Positions 20,973-33,104 of a stretch of DNA of 64,000 nucleotides are shown here, one piece after another. Every line of letters starts with the position of its first letter. Positions within the stretch are counted from its first letter, which is position 1. Under the pieces are notes generated by a model. It was not told where the DNA came from. It was given only the letters and a program-made list of their open reading frames with translations, and did no database searches. This DNA is from an uncultured delta proteobacterium (GTDB taxonomy: Bacteria; Desulfobacterota; BSN033; UBA1163): positions 32,001 to 96,000 of the forward strand of contig CAVPSJ010000005.1 in NCBI GenBank assembly GCA_963708295.1. Direction: 5' to 3'. The translations under genes were made by a program, and so were the position numbers.

Positions 20973-21833
20973 ATGAAAAGATGGATTGTCTTTTTAATAG
21001 GATTGTTGCTTTTCGGATGTGCCAGCGCCAGGGATGTACGAGTGCTGGATAAAGAGATGGATAAGCTCTATTCCCAGGTTAATACCCTCCGAAAAGAAAA
21101 TGAATTGACCAAGAACGACTTATCTAACCTGAGGACAGAAAACCAAAAGTTGAAGACGGACCTCTCGCTCCGGCTCGAGAATATTCAATCTGAAATGCAA
21201 TCCCTTTCGACAGATATCGAGGAATACAAGGAATTGCTGAAACGACCCTCCAAGGATGTGGACCGTATCAAAGACGATTTGGAAGTCCGCTTGAAAGGTC
21301 TCGAAGAAAGGAGAAAAAATCAGGAGGAAAAAATCAGGGAGTTAGAGGAACGCCTTAAGTCACCCGAGCCTAAAACGTCCGACCCAGGGCTGAAACCAAT
21401 GGAGCCGGAGAAGCCCGCTTCCGCCAAAGAGATCCCCGCCGAGACAAAGGGAAGCTCCGCCGGGATTGGAGACCTCTATAAAGATGCTTATGAGACATTC
21501 TATCGGGGAGATTTGGAAGTAGCCCGAAGAAAATTCGAAACTTTCCTCAAACAATATCCCAACACAGAACTTTCTGACAACGCCCAGTTTTGGATCGGGG
21601 AGACTTACTATCTGAAAAAGGATTATGAGAAAGCGATTCTAGAATACGAGAAGGCGATCGTGAAATATCCGGAAGGGGATAAGATACCCTCGGCGATGTT
21701 CAAACAAGCCCTTTCCTTCTTGGAACTCAAGGATAAGACGAATGCCAGAACGTTGTTCAAGCGGGTGATCGAAAAATATCCTCGCTCCGACCAGGCCGAA
21801 ATGGCCAAAAAGAGGTTGGAAGCGATCAAATAG
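20973..21833 (+). CDS. cpoB: Tol-Pal protein YbgF/CpoB (coiled coil plus TPR)
   Basis: Lipoprotein signal, coiled coil, DNAQFWIGETYY TPR; downstream of pal. Confidence 0.9.
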   Translation: MKRWIVFLIGLLLFGCASARDVRVLDKEMDKLYSQVNTLRKENELTKNDLSNLRTENQKLKTDLSLRLENIQSEMQSLSTDIEEYKELLKRPSKDVDRIKDDLEVRLKGLEERRKNQEEKIRELEERLKSPEPKTSDPGLKPMEPEKPASAKEIPAETKGSSAGIGDLYKDAYETFYRGDLEVARRKFETFLKQYPNTELSDNAQFWIGETYYLKKDYEKAILEYEKAIVKYPEGDKIPSAMFKQALSFLELKDKTNARTLFKRVIEKYPRSDQAEMAKKRLEAIK

Positions 21834-21853
21834 AAACTGGAACCCGCCAATAA

Positions 21854-21892
21854 AAGAAGGCCCATCCCTCCTCAAAGGGGATGGGCCTTCTT
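21854..21892. terminator. bidirectional terminator between convergent cpoB and Rieske genes
   Basis: AAGAAGGCCCATCCC ... GGGATGGGCCTTCTT, a perfect 15-bp inverted repeat. Confidence 0.8.
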
Positions 21893-21932
21893 GCCTCTCG
21901 GTTTCTTCCTAGCGGAAGCAACGGCCCGCCCC

Positions 21933-22244
21933 TTAGACAGTGTAAATGTCCTGATTCTTGTCAATCTTAAGTTCGATTGGAGTAAGGCTGTCCATCTTGT
22001 TAAAAAGGGAGCTGTATTTATACACCGTACCATCATCCACATTAAAAATAGAAAGATGACATTCACACAATAATCTATTAATATCCGCATCCCATACAAT
22101 GGTCCCTCCTTCGTGAGGGCAAACCCTGCTGTACGCAACCAGTTTGTCTTTTTTCGTTCTCACTAAGATACCCTCTTTCCCTTTGAATTGAAAATTGACA
22201 GATTCTCCACGCTTCAGATTCTTCAGGTTTCCGATCTTTTCCAT
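21933..22244 (-). CDS. small Rieske 2Fe-2S domain protein
   Basis: CPHEGG ... CECHLSIF Rieske boxes; AGGAG RBS. Confidence 0.85.
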   Translation of the reverse strand: MEKIGNLKNLKRGESVNFQFKGKEGILVRTKKDKLVAYSRVCPHEGGTIVWDADINRLLCECHLSIFNVDDGTVYKYSSLFNKMDSLTPIELKIDKNQDIYTV

Positions 22245-22402
22245 CTTTCCTCTCCTTACTGATTATTTTTTAAGGGACTTCAGTCCGTTCGAGATCTAAG
22301 ACGCCGAATCATCGTGTTTGCATCGTGTGATCAATTAAGTTGAATATAGAAAAAACGGGATGGGTTGTCAAGATCCTGTAGGAACACTCGCGCCACATAC
22401 AC

Positions 22403-22443
22403 AAAAAAAAGGCTCATGCTGTCGTCTAACAGGATGAGCCTTT
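22403..22443 (-). terminator. rho-independent terminator after rpoC
   Basis: Minus strand AAAGGCTCAT...ATGAGCC followed by T8. Confidence 0.8.
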
Positions 22444-22503
22444 CGTAGTTTCTCGATCGATTCTTACTTGATCCCTTGCCCCTTGAACCTTCAGCTTCTA
22501 TTC

Positions 22504-25500
22504 TCAGGCAGCTGCTTCTGCCGTCGGCTCTCCCTCGCCTTCGGTTGGAGTCTCTTCTCCCGTGTATCCCTCCACCCAAAGCTCCAAGGCTTTGTACTTG
22601 GAGAGACCGGTACCGGCCGGGATCAGGCGTCCCATGATGACATTCTCCTTCAATCCTTTCAGATTGTCCACCTTGCCTGCGACCGCTGCCTGGGTCAGCA
22701 CCTTGGTCGTCTCCTGGAAGGAGGCGGCAGAGATGAAGCTATCCGTGATGAGGGAAGCCTTCGTGATTCCCAGGAAGAGAGGCTCGCCCTCAGCGGGTTT
22801 TCCTCCATCCTCCATGACTCGGGCATTCTCTTCTTCAAAAACAAATTTTTCCACTTGGTCGTCCACCAAAAAGTGAGTGTCCCCTACTTCGCGGATCTTC
22901 ACCCTTTTGAGCATCTGGCGAACGATGACTTCGATATGTTTATCGTTAATCTTGACCCCCTGGAGTTTATATACCTCCTGGATTTCATCCACCAGATACC
23001 GGGCCAGGGCCTTATCCCCCAATACTCTTAAAATATCATGGGGATTGGAAGGGCCATCCATCAAGGCCTCCCCTGCTCGGACAAAATCGCCTTCATGGAC
23101 GCTGACATGTTTTCCCCTGGAAACCATGTATTCTTTGACTTCGCCCACCTCGGGCCGAATGACCACCTTCCTTTTCCCCTTGAGGTCCTTTCCGAATTCA
23201 ACCATTCCGTCAATATCGCTGATCAAGGCATACTCTTTGGGCTTTCTGGCCTCAAAAAGTTCAGCCACCCGAGGAAGACCTCCTGTGATATCTTTCGTCT
23301 TCGTCGTCTCCCGCGGGATCTTCACGATGACATCCCCCGCTTCTACCGCATCCCCTTCGGAGATAAAAATGTTGGCTCCCACCGGAAGAAGATATCGAGC
23401 CTGGGACGCAGAACCCGGAAGATTCAGCGTCCTGCCCTTATCATCCTTGATGGAGATCCTTGGCCGAAGCTCCGCGTCTTTTGATTCCGTGATCACTTTT
23501 CTGGAAAGGCCGGTGAATTCATCCACCTGTTCCTGCATCGTTGCCCCTTCGATGATATCTCCAAACTTCACCCTCCCCGAAACCTCCGTCAAAACAGGGA
23601 TGGCGTAAGGATCCCACTCCGCCAGGATCTCTCCCTCTTTTACCTTCTGTCCATCCTTGACCTTCAGTTTCGCTCCATAAATCACCGAATACCGTCTTCG
23701 TTCCCTCCCATTTTCATCCAAGACGGCAATTTCGCCGTTGCGGTTCATGACGATCAGATTCCCTTCGCGGTTTTTCACGCTCTTGAGGTTGATAAATTTT
23801 ACCCTCCCGTCAATCCGACATTCCAGCGTGGTCTGCTCCGCCCTCCGGCTGGCTGTTCCGCCGATGTGGAAGGTCCTCATCGTCAGCTGGGTTCCCGGCT
23901 CACCAATCGACTGAGCAGCGATAATACCGATCGCCTCGCCCACATTGACCAGCCTTCCGCGGGCCAAATCTCTTCCATAACAAAGGGCACAGACACCTTG
24001 TCTTGATTTGCACGTCAGCACGGATCGAATCTTGACCTTATCAATGCCGATATCCTCGATGCGATCGGCTAACGTCTCGTCAATCTCTTCACTGCCTTTG
24101 GCAATCACCTCATTCGAGAAGGGGTCCCGGATTTCTTCTAAAGCCACGCGGCCCAGAATTCTTTCTTTCATCGACTCGATGATCTCCCCTCCTTCGACGA
24201 GCGACTCGACTTCGATCCCATCCAGAGTGCCGCAGTCATGCTCTCTAATCACGACGTCCTGAGCCACATCGACCAATCGCCGGGTGAGATATCCCGCGTT
24301 GGCTGTCTTCAGGGCCGTATCCGCAAGCCCCTTCCGGGCCCCGTGGGTAGAGATGAAGTACTGCAAAACCGTCAGCCCCTCACGAAAGTTGGCGGTGATG
24401 GGAGTTTCGATGATCTCTCCTGAAGGTTTGGCCATCAGACCCCGCATCCCGGCCAATTGTCGCACCTGTTGGGCGCTGCCTCGAGCCCCGGAGTCGGCCA
24501 TGATGTAAATCGGGTTAAAACTCTCCGTGGTCTGTTTCTCGCCGGAAGGAGCCACCACCTCCTCATTCCCCAGTTCCTTCAACATCACCCCTGCGATGTT
24601 CTCCGTGACCTGAGCCCAGATATCGATGACTTTATTGTATCGCTCCCCGTCGGTAATCAATCCGTCGGTATATTGTTCTTGAACCCTCTCGATCTCCCGC
24701 TCCGCTTCTTGAAGGAGCTTCCCTTTATTGGAAGGAATCAGCATATCGTCCAGGGAGATTGAAATCCCGGCCAAGGTCGCGTAATAATAACCCAAACCCT
24801 TCAACCGATCGGAGAGAAGGACCGTTTTCTTATCTCCTCCATACCGGTAGCAATAGTCGATGAGATTGGCGAGCTCGCTTTTCTTCATTACTTTATTGAT
24901 TAATCGGAACGGGATCTCCTCGGGGAGAACCTCTTTCAGGAGGATCCGCCCGACGGTGGTCTCGATGAGTTCCCCGTCCAATCGGACTTTGATCCGGGCG
25001 TGGAGGTCGATTTCATTCGCATCGTAAGCGATCCGGACCTCCTCTGGACTTGCGAACACTTTCCCTTCCCCTTTGACATAGGGGCGCTCCCGGGTCATGT
25101 AATAAATCCCGAGGACGATGTCCTGCGTCGGAATAATGATCGGCTTCCCGTTGGCGGGGGAGAGGATATTATTGGTGGACATCATCAGAATCCTCGCCTC
25201 CGACTGGGCCTCCACGGAGAGGGGAACATGGACTGCCATCTGGTCCCCGTCGAAATCCGCGTTAAAGGCAGCACAGACCAGCGGGTGAAGTTGGATGGCC
25301 TTGCCCTCGATCAAAACGGGCTCGAAGGCTTGTATTCCTAACCGGTGAAGGGTGGGAGCACGATTGAGAAGCACGGGATGTTCCCGAATGACTTCATCCA
25401 AGACATCCCACACCTCGGGCCTCTCCTTTTCCAACATCTTCTTCGCACTCTTGATCGTCGTCACCAAACCCTTTTCTTCCAAACGGTGATAGATGAAGGG

Positions 25501-26634
25501 CTTAAAGAGTTCGAGGGCCATCTTCTTGGGAAGCCCGCATTGATGTAATTTCAGCTCGGGACCGACGACGATCACGGAACGTCCGGAATAGTCCACTCGC
25601 TTCCCCAAAAGGTTCTGACGGAATCGGCCCTGCTTCCCTCTGAGCATATCGCTCAGCGATTTGAGAGGTTTCTTATTCGCCCCTAAAATCGTCCTCCCCC
25701 TCTTCCCGTTGTCGAACAAGGCATCCACGGCTTCCTGAAGCATCCGTTTCTCGTTTCGGATGATGATCTCCGGCGCATTCAACTCGAGAAGCCGTTTCAG
25801 ACGGTTGTTTCGATTAATCACCCTTCGGTAAAGATCGTTGAGATCGGAGGTGGCAAACCGACCCCCGTCCAAAGGAACCAGAGGACGAAGATCCGGCGGA
25901 ATCACGGGAACCACTTCCAAGATCATCCACTCCGGCTTGTTTCCCGACTCCAAGAAGGACTCAATAATCTTCAATCGCTTGGCCAACCTCTTCTTTTTCG
26001 CTTCTGAGGCCGTCTCCTTCATCTCTGCCCGGAGTTTCTGGGAGAGTTCCTTGACGTTGGTACCTCTCAGCAGCTCTCGAATGGCCTCCGCCCCCTGAGC
26101 CGCCGCAAAATCCTCCCCGTACTTTTCCCTCGCTTCCCGGTATCGATCTTCGGAGAGGATTTCGTTCTTCTTCAAAGGCGTTTTCTTTCCGTCGAGAACA
26201 AGGTAAGCTTCAAAGTAGAGAATGCGTTCCAATTCTCTTAACGTCATATCCGAAAGGATCCCGATCTTACTGGGAATGCTCTTAAGGAACCAGATATGAG
26301 CCACAGGGGTGGCAAGCCGGATATGTCCCATCCTCTCCCTGCGCACCTTGGATTGAATCACCTCCACACCGCACTTTTCGCAGACAATACCTCGATGTTT
26401 CATGCGCTTATATTTACCGCAATTGCATTCATAATCTTTCGTAGGACCGAAGATCTTGGCACAGAAGAGCCCGTCTTTTTCCGGTTTGAAAGTTCGATAG
26501 TTGATGGTCTCCGGCTTCTTCACCTCTCCGTGGGACCACGACTCAATCTTTTCCGGAGAGGCAATGGAGATTCGGATGGCATTGTAGCTAATCGGAGTCT
26601 TCCCCTTCTCAAAGAATGATAGATAATCTTCCAA
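22504..26634 (-). CDS. rpoC: DNA-directed RNA polymerase subunit beta'
   Basis: [12 protein letters not shown] catalytic motif, zinc finger; TTG start at 26634 after AGGAGG. Confidence 0.99.
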   Translation of the reverse strand: MEDYLSFFEKGKTPISYNAIRISIASPEKIESWSHGEVKKPETINYRTFKPEKDGLFCAKIFGPTKDYECNCGKYKRMKHRGIVCEKCGVEVIQSKVRRERMGHIRLATPVAHIWFLKSIPSKIGILSDMTLRELERILYFEAYLVLDGKKTPLKKNEILSEDRYREAREKYGEDFAAAQGAEAIRELLRGTNVKELSQKLRAEMKETASEAKKKRLAKRLKIIESFLESGNKPEWMILEVVPVIPPDLRPLVPLDGGRFATSDLNDLYRRVINRNNRLKRLLELNAPEIIIRNEKRMLQEAVDALFDNGKRGRTILGANKKPLKSLSDMLRGKQGRFRQNLLGKRVDYSGRSVIVVGPELKLHQCGLPKKMALELFKPFIYHRLEEKGLVTTIKSAKKMLEKERPEVWDVLDEVIREHPVLLNRAPTLHRLGIQAFEPVLIEGKAIQLHPLVCAAFNADFDGDQMAVHVPLSVEAQSEARILMMSTNNILSPANGKPIIIPTQDIVLGIYYMTRERPYVKGEGKVFASPEEVRIAYDANEIDLHARIKVRLDGELIETTVGRILLKEVLPEEIPFRLINKVMKKSELANLIDYCYRYGGDKKTVLLSDRLKGLGYYYATLAGISISLDDMLIPSNKGKLLQEAEREIERVQEQYTDGLITDGERYNKVIDIWAQVTENIAGVMLKELGNEEVVAPSGEKQTTESFNPIYIMADSGARGSAQQVRQLAGMRGLMAKPSGEIIETPITANFREGLTVLQYFISTHGARKGLADTALKTANAGYLTRRLVDVAQDVVIREHDCGTLDGIEVESLVEGGEIIESMKERILGRVALEEIRDPFSNEVIAKGSEEIDETLADRIEDIGIDKVKIRSVLTCKSRQGVCALCYGRDLARGRLVNVGEAIGIIAAQSIGEPGTQLTMRTFHIGGTASRRAEQTTLECRIDGRVKFINLKSVKNREGNLIVMNRNGEIAVLDENGRERRRYSVIYGAKLKVKDGQKVKEGEILAEWDPYAIPVLTEVSGRVKFGDIIEGATMQEQVDEFTGLSRKVITESKDAELRPRISIKDDKGRTLNLPGSASQARYLLPVGANIFISEGDAVEAGDVIVKIPRETTKTKDITGGLPRVAELFEARKPKEYALISDIDGMVEFGKDLKGKRKVVIRPEVGEVKEYMVSRGKHVSVHEGDFVRAGEALMDGPSNPHDILRVLGDKALARYLVDEIQEVYKLQGVKINDKHIEVIVRQMLKRVKIREVGDTHFLVDDQVEKFVFEEENARVMEDGGKPAEGEPLFLGITKASLITDSFISAASFQETTKVLTQAAVAGKVDNLKGLKENVIMGRLIPAGTGLSKYKALELWVEGYTGEETPTEGEGEPTAEAAA

Positions 26635-26739
26635 GGTTCTCCTCCTTTGCCCTGGACTTACATCCAAGGAATGACAGATGTCAAAACCCCGATGGACTTC
26701 ACTTGAACTTTGGAATTTGACATTTGAACTTTTCTCAAT

Positions 26740-29700
26740 TTAAATTTCTTCCCTCTTCTCCTCGACGAGTTCCGTGTCGAGACAGAGGCTCTGTAATTCC
26801 TTCACCAAAACGTTGAATGACTCCGGCAACCCGGGCTCCAGCGTATGTTCCCCTTTGACGATCGCCTCGTAGACCCGCGTCCTTCCCGCGACATCATCCG
26901 ACTTCACGGTCAAGAACTCTTGCAGGGAATGAGCTGCCCCATAGGCCTCTAAGGCCCACACTTCCATCTCTCCCAACCGCTGTCCTCCGAACTGAGCCTT
27001 GCCACCCAACGGCTGTTGCGTCACCAAAGAATATGGACCGATGGACCTTGCATGAATCTTGTCGTCCACGAGGTGGTGCAATTTAAGGATGTACATGTAG
27101 CCGACCGTCACCTTCTGATGGAACGGCTCTCCCGTCCTTCCGTCATAAAGGACGGTTTGCCCGGAGGTCGGGAGTCCCGCTTTCTCCAAAAGGTTCTTAA
27201 TCTCCTCTTCCGAAGCTCCATCGAAAACAGGAACCGAAACGAAAATTCCTTCGCCCAACCGGCGAGCCAAATCCACAATCTCCTCGTCGGTCGCCTGCTC
27301 CAGATAGGTGTTCACCTCTTTCGAGGAATAAATTTCTTTGATCTTTCTTCGGAGCAAACTCGGATTGAAATGTTTCCGCAAAAACTCCTCGATCTTCCAT
27401 CCGAGCCCCTTGGCCGCCCATCCCAGGTGAGTCTCGAGAATCTGGCCTACGTTCATTCGCGACGGGACTCCCAGCGGATTGAGAATGACATCCACCGGCG
27501 TCCCATCCTCTAAGTACGGCATGTCCTCCTCCGGGAGAATCCGGGAGATGATCCCTTTGTTCCCGTGACGTCCTGACATTTTATCTCCTACAGAAAGTTT
27601 CCGTTTCATGGCGATATAAACCTTGACGGTCTTGATCACGCCCGGAGCCAATTCGTCTCCCCTCTTCAGCTTCGCCAATTTATCTGCAAAAACTTCCTTC
27701 ACCACGTTGATCTGGAGCTCTGCGTGATCCAGAAAACGGTGAACGTCCGCAAGAACCCTCTTCCCCTCGACGATATCAATCTCCTTGAGTCGGTCGAACG
27801 GAATGGTCATCAGATGTTCCTCTTTAATCTTATCTTTGGCCTCCAAATAGACCCTGTTTTTCTTGTCATCCGAAACTTTGTGGGCGGCCCGCTTCCCGGC
27901 CAAATATTTCCCGATTTTCCTCCTCGTGCTGTTCTGGATGATCCGGATTTCATCGGCCTGATTCTTTAACAACCTCGCCTTCTCCTGGTCCTCGATCGCC
28001 TTCGTCCTCTCGTCTCTCTCCTGTCCCTTCCGGGAAAAAACCTTAGCGTCAATCACAATTCCCTCAATCCCGTGAGGAACTCTCAACGAGGTATCCCGGA
28101 CGTCTCCAGCCTTTTCGCCAAAGATGGCTCGAAGGAGTTTTTCTTCCGGGGAGAGTTGGGTTTCTCCCTTGGGGGTCACTTTTCCGACGAGAATGTCGCC
28201 GGGGTTCACCTCGGCTCCGATCCGGATGATCCCGCTCTCATCCAAGTCCTTCAAGGCCTCCTCCCCCGCATTGGGAATGTCACAGGTGATCTCCTCTTTT
28301 CCTAACTTGGTGTCCCGGGCCACACACTCCATTTCTTCGATATGGATCGAGGTGTAGGTATCTTCCTTCAGCAGCTTCTCGCTCATGAGGATGGAGTCTT
28401 CAAAATTATATCCCCCCCAGGGCATAAAGCCGACCAGGACATTCCGTCCCAGAGCCAACTCTCCCATATTGGTCGCTGGCCCGTCTGCGATCACCTCACC
28501 CTTCTTGACGTGTTCTCCGGTATAGACGATCGGCCTTTGATTGATGCAGGTATTTTGATTGGACCTTTTGTATTTAATCAACGTATAGATATCGACTCCC
28601 GGGTCATCCGCTTTTTGACCATCCTCGTCAGCACGGATGACGATTCGTGAGGCATCGACATCTTCCACCACGCCATCTCGTTTGGCCACGATCGTCACCC
28701 CGGAATCTCTCGCCACGATCGCTTCCATTCCCGTCCCGATCAACGGGGCATCGGTCTTGAGGAGCGGGACGGCCTGGCGCTGCATATTCGATCCCATGAG
28801 GGCTCGGTTGGCATCATCATTCTCCAAAAAGGGAACGAGGGAGGTGGCCACGCTCACCAGCTGCTTCGGCGACACATCCATGTACCGAATCTCATCGGAT
28901 TTTACCATCATAAACTCGCCCCCTCTTCGGGCGGAGATGAGCGGAGCGGTAAATCTCCCTTCTTTATCCAACGGGGCGTTGGCTTGAGCAATGGCGGGTT
29001 TTTGCCCGTCAACCTCTTCCTCCTCATCCAGGGCAAAGAGATATCGGATATGGTTGGTGACTTTTCCATGGGACACTTCCCGGTAAGGGGTCTCGATAAA
29101 CCCATAGTCATTGACGCGGGCATAGGTGCTGAGAGAGGTGATCAAGCCGATGTTCGGGCCTTCCGGGGTCTCGATCGGGCAGATTCGACCATAATGGGTG
29201 GGGTGGACGTCCCTCACCTCAAACCCTGCCCTTTCTCGGGTGAGCCCGCCGGGGCCCAATGCAGACAGCCGACGCTTGTGCGTAATCTCTGAAAGAGGGT
29301 TCGTCTGGTCCATAAATTGGGAAAGCTGGCTCGAACCAAAGAACTCCTTGATGACGGCTGATAGCGGTTTTGAGTTGATGAGATCATGGGGCATCAGGGT
29401 CTCCACATCTTGAAGACTCATTCGCTCCTTAATCGCCCTTTCGATCCTCACAAGCCCGATGTGGTATTGATTCTCCAGCAGCTCTCCCACGGTCCTGACA
29501 CGGCGGTTTCCCAAATGGTCAATGTCGTCCACCGCCCCCTGACCATCTTTCAGTTTGATCAAGTATTTAACCACCTCAAGGATGTCTTTTCGCCTCAGGG
29601 TGGTCTTCTCATCTTCCAGAATCTTCCGAATCTTCCCCTGAACATCATCCGTGAGGGTCCCATCCTTCATGGAGGGCATCAGCCCGATGGGATGAAGGAT

Positions 29701-31200
29701 CTTGGCGACGCGATGTATCTCCTCGGCCATTTCCGGAGTGGCAATGGCTTCATCAAAATCAAGCCAGCCCTCCAGGATCCGATCGACCAGCTCCCTTCCT
29801 CCCGCATAGGTCGCTCCTGCCGCCAAGGCCTCTTTCTTCCATCTCTCCGTTAAAACCAAGATCTTGGGAGGGTTCCCCTTCAGGCCGATTTTATGGTTCA
29901 GCTTCATCCTCCCCACTTTGGACAGGTCGTAGCGTTCGGCGTTGAAGAAAAGATTGTAGAAAAGGCCGATGGCTGTCTCGATCGTGGGAGGGTCTCCAGG
30001 ACGGAGCCTTTTGTAGATATCAATCAAAGCCTTTTCGGATTCCTTCTCTCGAAGAGATTTGCCGGGTTCGAGAACGGGCAATTTCTCTCTTTCTTCTGCG
30101 GTCAATCCGATCTTATCCATCACCAGTGTATCCCGCAATGAAGAGCTGACATTGATATTGTCGATGAACAGGATTTCGAAGGCCTCGACCTTCCTCTCCT
30201 TCATCGTGTCCAGTAGTTTTTCCGTCACCTCATCATTCGATTCGGCAATCACTTCCCCCGTTTCAGGGGCAACCACATCCTTCGCCAGGTATCGTCCGAT
30301 CAAATCCTCGGTTTCCACCGAAATGGTATTGATCTTCGCAAGCTCCAGCTTATCAAAAGCGTCCTCTGTAATCCGGCGATGCTTCTTCAGGATGAGCTTA
30401 TGCGTTTCCGGATCGAGGATATCGGAGGTGGCTTTCTGCCCCACCAATACCTCTCTTGCAATCTCTTTTTGAAATTTTCCTCTCCGGATCAGGACCTTCT
30501 CCTTACGATAGAAATAGTCCAACAGCTCTTCCCCGGTGTACTTGAGAGCCCGAAGGAGGACAGTGACAGGAATCTTCCGGCGTCGGTCGATTCTGACGTG
30601 GAGAAGATCTTTCTGGTCAAATTCGAAGTCGATCCAAGATCCACGGTATGGAATGATGCGTGCATAGTAGAACACCTTCCCACCGGTTTGGGGTTTGATT
30701 TGATCCTGGTCAAAAAAGACTCCAGGAGAGCGATGAAGTTGACTGACGATGACCCGCTCGGTCCCGTTCACAATGAACGTCCCGTTCTCGGTCATGAGGG
30801 GGATCTCACCAAAATAGACTTCTTGCTCTTTGACAGCCTTGATGCTCCTGGCCTTGGTTTCTTCGTTTATATCCCAGACCACCAGGCGGACCGTCACCTT
30901 GATCGGGGCAGCATAGGTCATCCCTCTGAGCAGGCATTCTTCCACATCGTACTTTGGCTCGGTCAGGCGGTAATTGACGAATTCAAGAGAAGCCGTTTCG
31001 TAAAAATCCTTAATCGGAAAGACGGTTTTGAATACCGCCTGAAGACCCACCGGTTCCCGTCTTTCCACATCCACATTGGCCTGAAGAAACTGCTCGTAGG
31101 ATCTTTTTTGAACCTCGATCAGATTGGAGATCTCCAGGACCTCTTTGATCTTAGAAAAGTTCTTCCGATATCTCCGATAGATAGGGACAACATTGGCCAT
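26740..31200 (-). CDS. rpoB: DNA-directed RNA polymerase subunit beta, with an inserted uL1 domain II-like domain
   Basis: [34 protein letters not shown]; unusually long (~1486 aa). Confidence 0.99.
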   Translation of the reverse strand: MANVVPIYRRYRKNFSKIKEVLEISNLIEVQKRSYEQFLQANVDVERREPVGLQAVFKTVFPIKDFYETASLEFVNYRLTEPKYDVEECLLRGMTYAAPIKVTVRLVVWDINEETKARSIKAVKEQEVYFGEIPLMTENGTFIVNGTERVIVSQLHRSPGVFFDQDQIKPQTGGKVFYYARIIPYRGSWIDFEFDQKDLLHVRIDRRRKIPVTVLLRALKYTGEELLDYFYRKEKVLIRRGKFQKEIAREVLVGQKATSDILDPETHKLILKKHRRITEDAFDKLELAKINTISVETEDLIGRYLAKDVVAPETGEVIAESNDEVTEKLLDTMKERKVEAFEILFIDNINVSSSLRDTLVMDKIGLTAEEREKLPVLEPGKSLREKESEKALIDIYKRLRPGDPPTIETAIGLFYNLFFNAERYDLSKVGRMKLNHKIGLKGNPPKILVLTERWKKEALAAGATYAGGRELVDRILEGWLDFDEAIATPEMAEEIHRVAKILHPIGLMPSMKDGTLTDDVQGKIRKILEDEKTTLRRKDILEVVKYLIKLKDGQGAVDDIDHLGNRRVRTVGELLENQYHIGLVRIERAIKERMSLQDVETLMPHDLINSKPLSAVIKEFFGSSQLSQFMDQTNPLSEITHKRRLSALGPGGLTRERAGFEVRDVHPTHYGRICPIETPEGPNIGLITSLSTYARVNDYGFIETPYREVSHGKVTNHIRYLFALDEEEEVDGQKPAIAQANAPLDKEGRFTAPLISARRGGEFMMVKSDEIRYMDVSPKQLVSVATSLVPFLENDDANRALMGSNMQRQAVPLLKTDAPLIGTGMEAIVARDSGVTIVAKRDGVVEDVDASRIVIRADEDGQKADDPGVDIYTLIKYKRSNQNTCINQRPIVYTGEHVKKGEVIADGPATNMGELALGRNVLVGFMPWGGYNFEDSILMSEKLLKEDTYTSIHIEEMECVARDTKLGKEEITCDIPNAGEEALKDLDESGIIRIGAEVNPGDILVGKVTPKGETQLSPEEKLLRAIFGEKAGDVRDTSLRVPHGIEGIVIDAKVFSRKGQERDERTKAIEDQEKARLLKNQADEIRIIQNSTRRKIGKYLAGKRAAHKVSDDKKNRVYLEAKDKIKEEHLMTIPFDRLKEIDIVEGKRVLADVHRFLDHAELQINVVKEVFADKLAKLKRGDELAPGVIKTVKVYIAMKRKLSVGDKMSGRHGNKGIISRILPEEDMPYLEDGTPVDVILNPLGVPSRMNVGQILETHLGWAAKGLGWKIEEFLRKHFNPSLLRRKIKEIYSSKEVNTYLEQATDEEIVDLARRLGEGIFVSVPVFDGASEEEIKNLLEKAGLPTSGQTVLYDGRTGEPFHQKVTVGYMYILKLHHLVDDKIHARSIGPYSLVTQQPLGGKAQFGGQRLGEMEVWALEAYGAAHSLQEFLTVKSDDVAGRTRVYEAIVKGEHTLEPGLPESFNVLVKELQSLCLDTELVEEKREEI
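29611..29880 (-). other. in-frame insertion in RpoB homologous to ribosomal protein uL1 domain II
   Basis: [13 protein letters not shown]...[14 protein letters not shown]...[20 protein letters not shown] versus rpl[14 protein letters not shown]...[14 protein letters not shown]...[20 protein letters not shown]. Confidence 0.92.
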
Positions 31201-31314
31201 AATCAATCCCCTCCCTTAAATAGAAAGTCTCTTCCCGTTCGGACTGCCACCGCTCCTTCGCTTTGTCCTTCTGAGAAGAGACAACAGGGTCCCTCAACAC
31301 CTCTGAATGTTTTG

Positions 31315-31704
31315 TTACTTAACTTCGGCCGTCCCCCCAGCCTCTTCAAGCTTTTTCTTCATCGCTGCGGCGTCGTCTTTCGAAACTCCTTCTTTGACTG
31401 GCTTGGGGACTCCTTCCACAAGGTCTTTGGCTTCCTTCAAACCCAATCCGGTCAGTTCTCTGACCACCTTAATCACTTGGATTTTCTTGTCACCAAAACC
31501 CGTCAGGATGACATCAAATTCTGTCTTTTCTTCAGCGGCAGCGGTTTCCGCTCCCGCACCCGCTCCGGCCATGGGCATCGCTGCCATCGCCATGGGCGCG
31601 GTGGCCTTGACTCCCAATTTTTCTTCCAGGGCCTTCACCAAGTCACGGGCTTCAAGCAAAGTTAAACCACTGATCTCTTCGGCAATCTTCTGGATATCTG
31701 ACAT
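31315..31704 (-). CDS. rplL: 50S ribosomal protein bL12 (L7/L12)
   Basis: [34 protein letters not shown]. Confidence 0.98.
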   Translation of the reverse strand: MSDIQKIAEEISGLTLLEARDLVKALEEKLGVKATAPMAMAAMPMAGAGAGAETAAAEEKTEFDVILTGFGDKKIQVIKVVRELTGLGLKEAKDLVEGVPKPVKEGVSKDDAAAMKKKLEEAGGTAEVK

Positions 31705-31813
31705 TTCAAAAATCCTCCTATCTTATTAATTAGAGGGTCGAATGTGGAAGGTCGAAAGCAGTTCTCAAAATCATTCATGGACGTTCTGCTTCCTACCTCC
31801 TGCGCTCACCCTT

Positions 31814-32347
31814 CTACTTTCCACTTTCCAGTTCAGCCAACTGATCCGCACGGGCCTGAATGATCCCAACTACCTGCTGGATCCCATTGTGGATCACCGC
31901 AGCAACCTGGGTTGCTGCTCCCTGAATGCCTCCCAGGACTTGACCAAACAGGACCTCGCGAGAAGGCATCGTTGCCAGGGCCTTGACTTCTTCGGGAGAG
32001 GTCACCCTCCCTTGAATCAAGCCGATCTTAATCTTGAGTAAAGGCTGCGTTTTGATGAATTCGGACAAAATCTTTACGAGGAGGACCGGGTCTCCGAAGG
32101 AGATCGCCATCGCGGTGGGACCTTCGAAATAATGATCCAATTTTTCCAAATCCGTTCCTTTCGAAGCCAGCCTCATCAACGTATTCTTGATCACGTGATA
32201 GGAAATCTTTTCCTGTCTCAATCTTTGTCTCAGATGACCCAACTGTTCTACATTGAGACCTCGGTAATTGGTCAGGACAACCGCCTGAAACCCCTTCATC
32301 CGCTCACCGAGATCTGATATCAGCTGTGCTTTCTCTTTCCGATTCAA
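31814..32347 (-). CDS. rplJ: 50S ribosomal protein uL10
   Basis: NYRGLNV..L..LR, KNTL, FEGPTA, LATMPSRE; TTG start; synteny. Confidence 0.96.
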   Translation of the reverse strand: MNRKEKAQLISDLGERMKGFQAVVLTNYRGLNVEQLGHLRQRLRQEKISYHVIKNTLMRLASKGTDLEKLDHYFEGPTAMAISFGDPVLLVKILSEFIKTQPLLKIKIGLIQGRVTSPEEVKALATMPSREVLFGQVLGGIQGAATQVAAVIHNGIQQVVGIIQARADQLAELESGK

Positions 32348-32387
32348 TGATCTTTCCCTCCCCTGATGACGGAGCCCGCTCGCTTTC

Positions 32388-33095
32388 CTAGGACTTCAAA
32401 ACACTTCTGACATCCTGCGGGTCGATCTTAATTCCAGGCCCCATGGTGGTGGATAAAGCGATGCTCCGCATATAAATCCCCTTGCTGGTCGGGGGCTTTA
32501 CACGAAGGATGACTTCCAGGAGCGTCCGGGTATTCTCTAATAATGGGCCGAAACCAAAAGACACCTTTCCAACCGGGACATGGACAATCCCCGCCTTCTC
32601 TACCTTAAACTCCACCTTGCCTGCTTTGATCTCTCGAATGGCCTTTTCCAAGTCGAAAGTCACCGTTCCTACTTTGGGGTTAGGCATCAATCCGCGAGGC
32701 CCTAAAATCTTCCCTAGCTTACTGACCAAACCCATCATGTCCGGTGTGGCGATCGCTTTGTCAAATTCCAGCCATCCTTTTGAAATCTTCTCGATGAGGT
32801 CTTCTCCTCCCACAAAATCGGCAGCTGCATCGAGTGCCTCTTTCTCCTTCTGGCCCTTCGCGAAAACCAATACCCGGACTTTCTTGCCGGTGCCATGAGG
32901 GAGGACAACGGTCCCTCGGACCATTTGATCTGGTTTCTTTGGATCGACCCCGAGACGAATCGCCAGGTCCACTCCTTCGTCAAACTTAGCGCATGCCGTT
33001 TCCACGAGAAGTTTCACTCCCGCCTCCAGATCATACCGCTTGCTTCGATCCACCTTGCCTCTTGCCTCTAAGTATTTTTTTCCTCTCGTTGCCAT
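32388..33095 (-). CDS. rplA: 50S ribosomal protein uL1
   Basis: [41 protein letters not shown]. Confidence 0.99.
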   Translation of the reverse strand: MATRGKKYLEARGKVDRSKRYDLEAGVKLLVETACAKFDEGVDLAIRLGVDPKKPDQMVRGTVVLPHGTGKKVRVLVFAKGQKEKEALDAAADFVGGEDLIEKISKGWLEFDKAIATPDMMGLVSKLGKILGPRGLMPNPKVGTVTFDLEKAIREIKAGKVEFKVEKAGIVHVPVGKVSFGFGPLLENTRTLLEVILRVKPPTSKGIYMRSIALSTTMGPGIKIDPQDVRSVLKS

Positions 33096-33104
33096 AGTCT
33101 TCTC

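Noticed and set aside
29611-29880. Intein or assembly chimera as the explanation for the RpoB insert
   Set aside because: There are no intein splice motifs (N-terminal C/S, C-terminal HN), and the insert is only ~45% identical in protein to local rplA, so it is not a misplaced copy of it.
30379-31665. 428-aa plus-strand ORF and other long antisense ORFs (e.g. 48641-49663, 55396-56304, 41622-42494, 34904-35677)
   Set aside because: They are shadow frames opposite well-supported genes and show no recognisable motifs.
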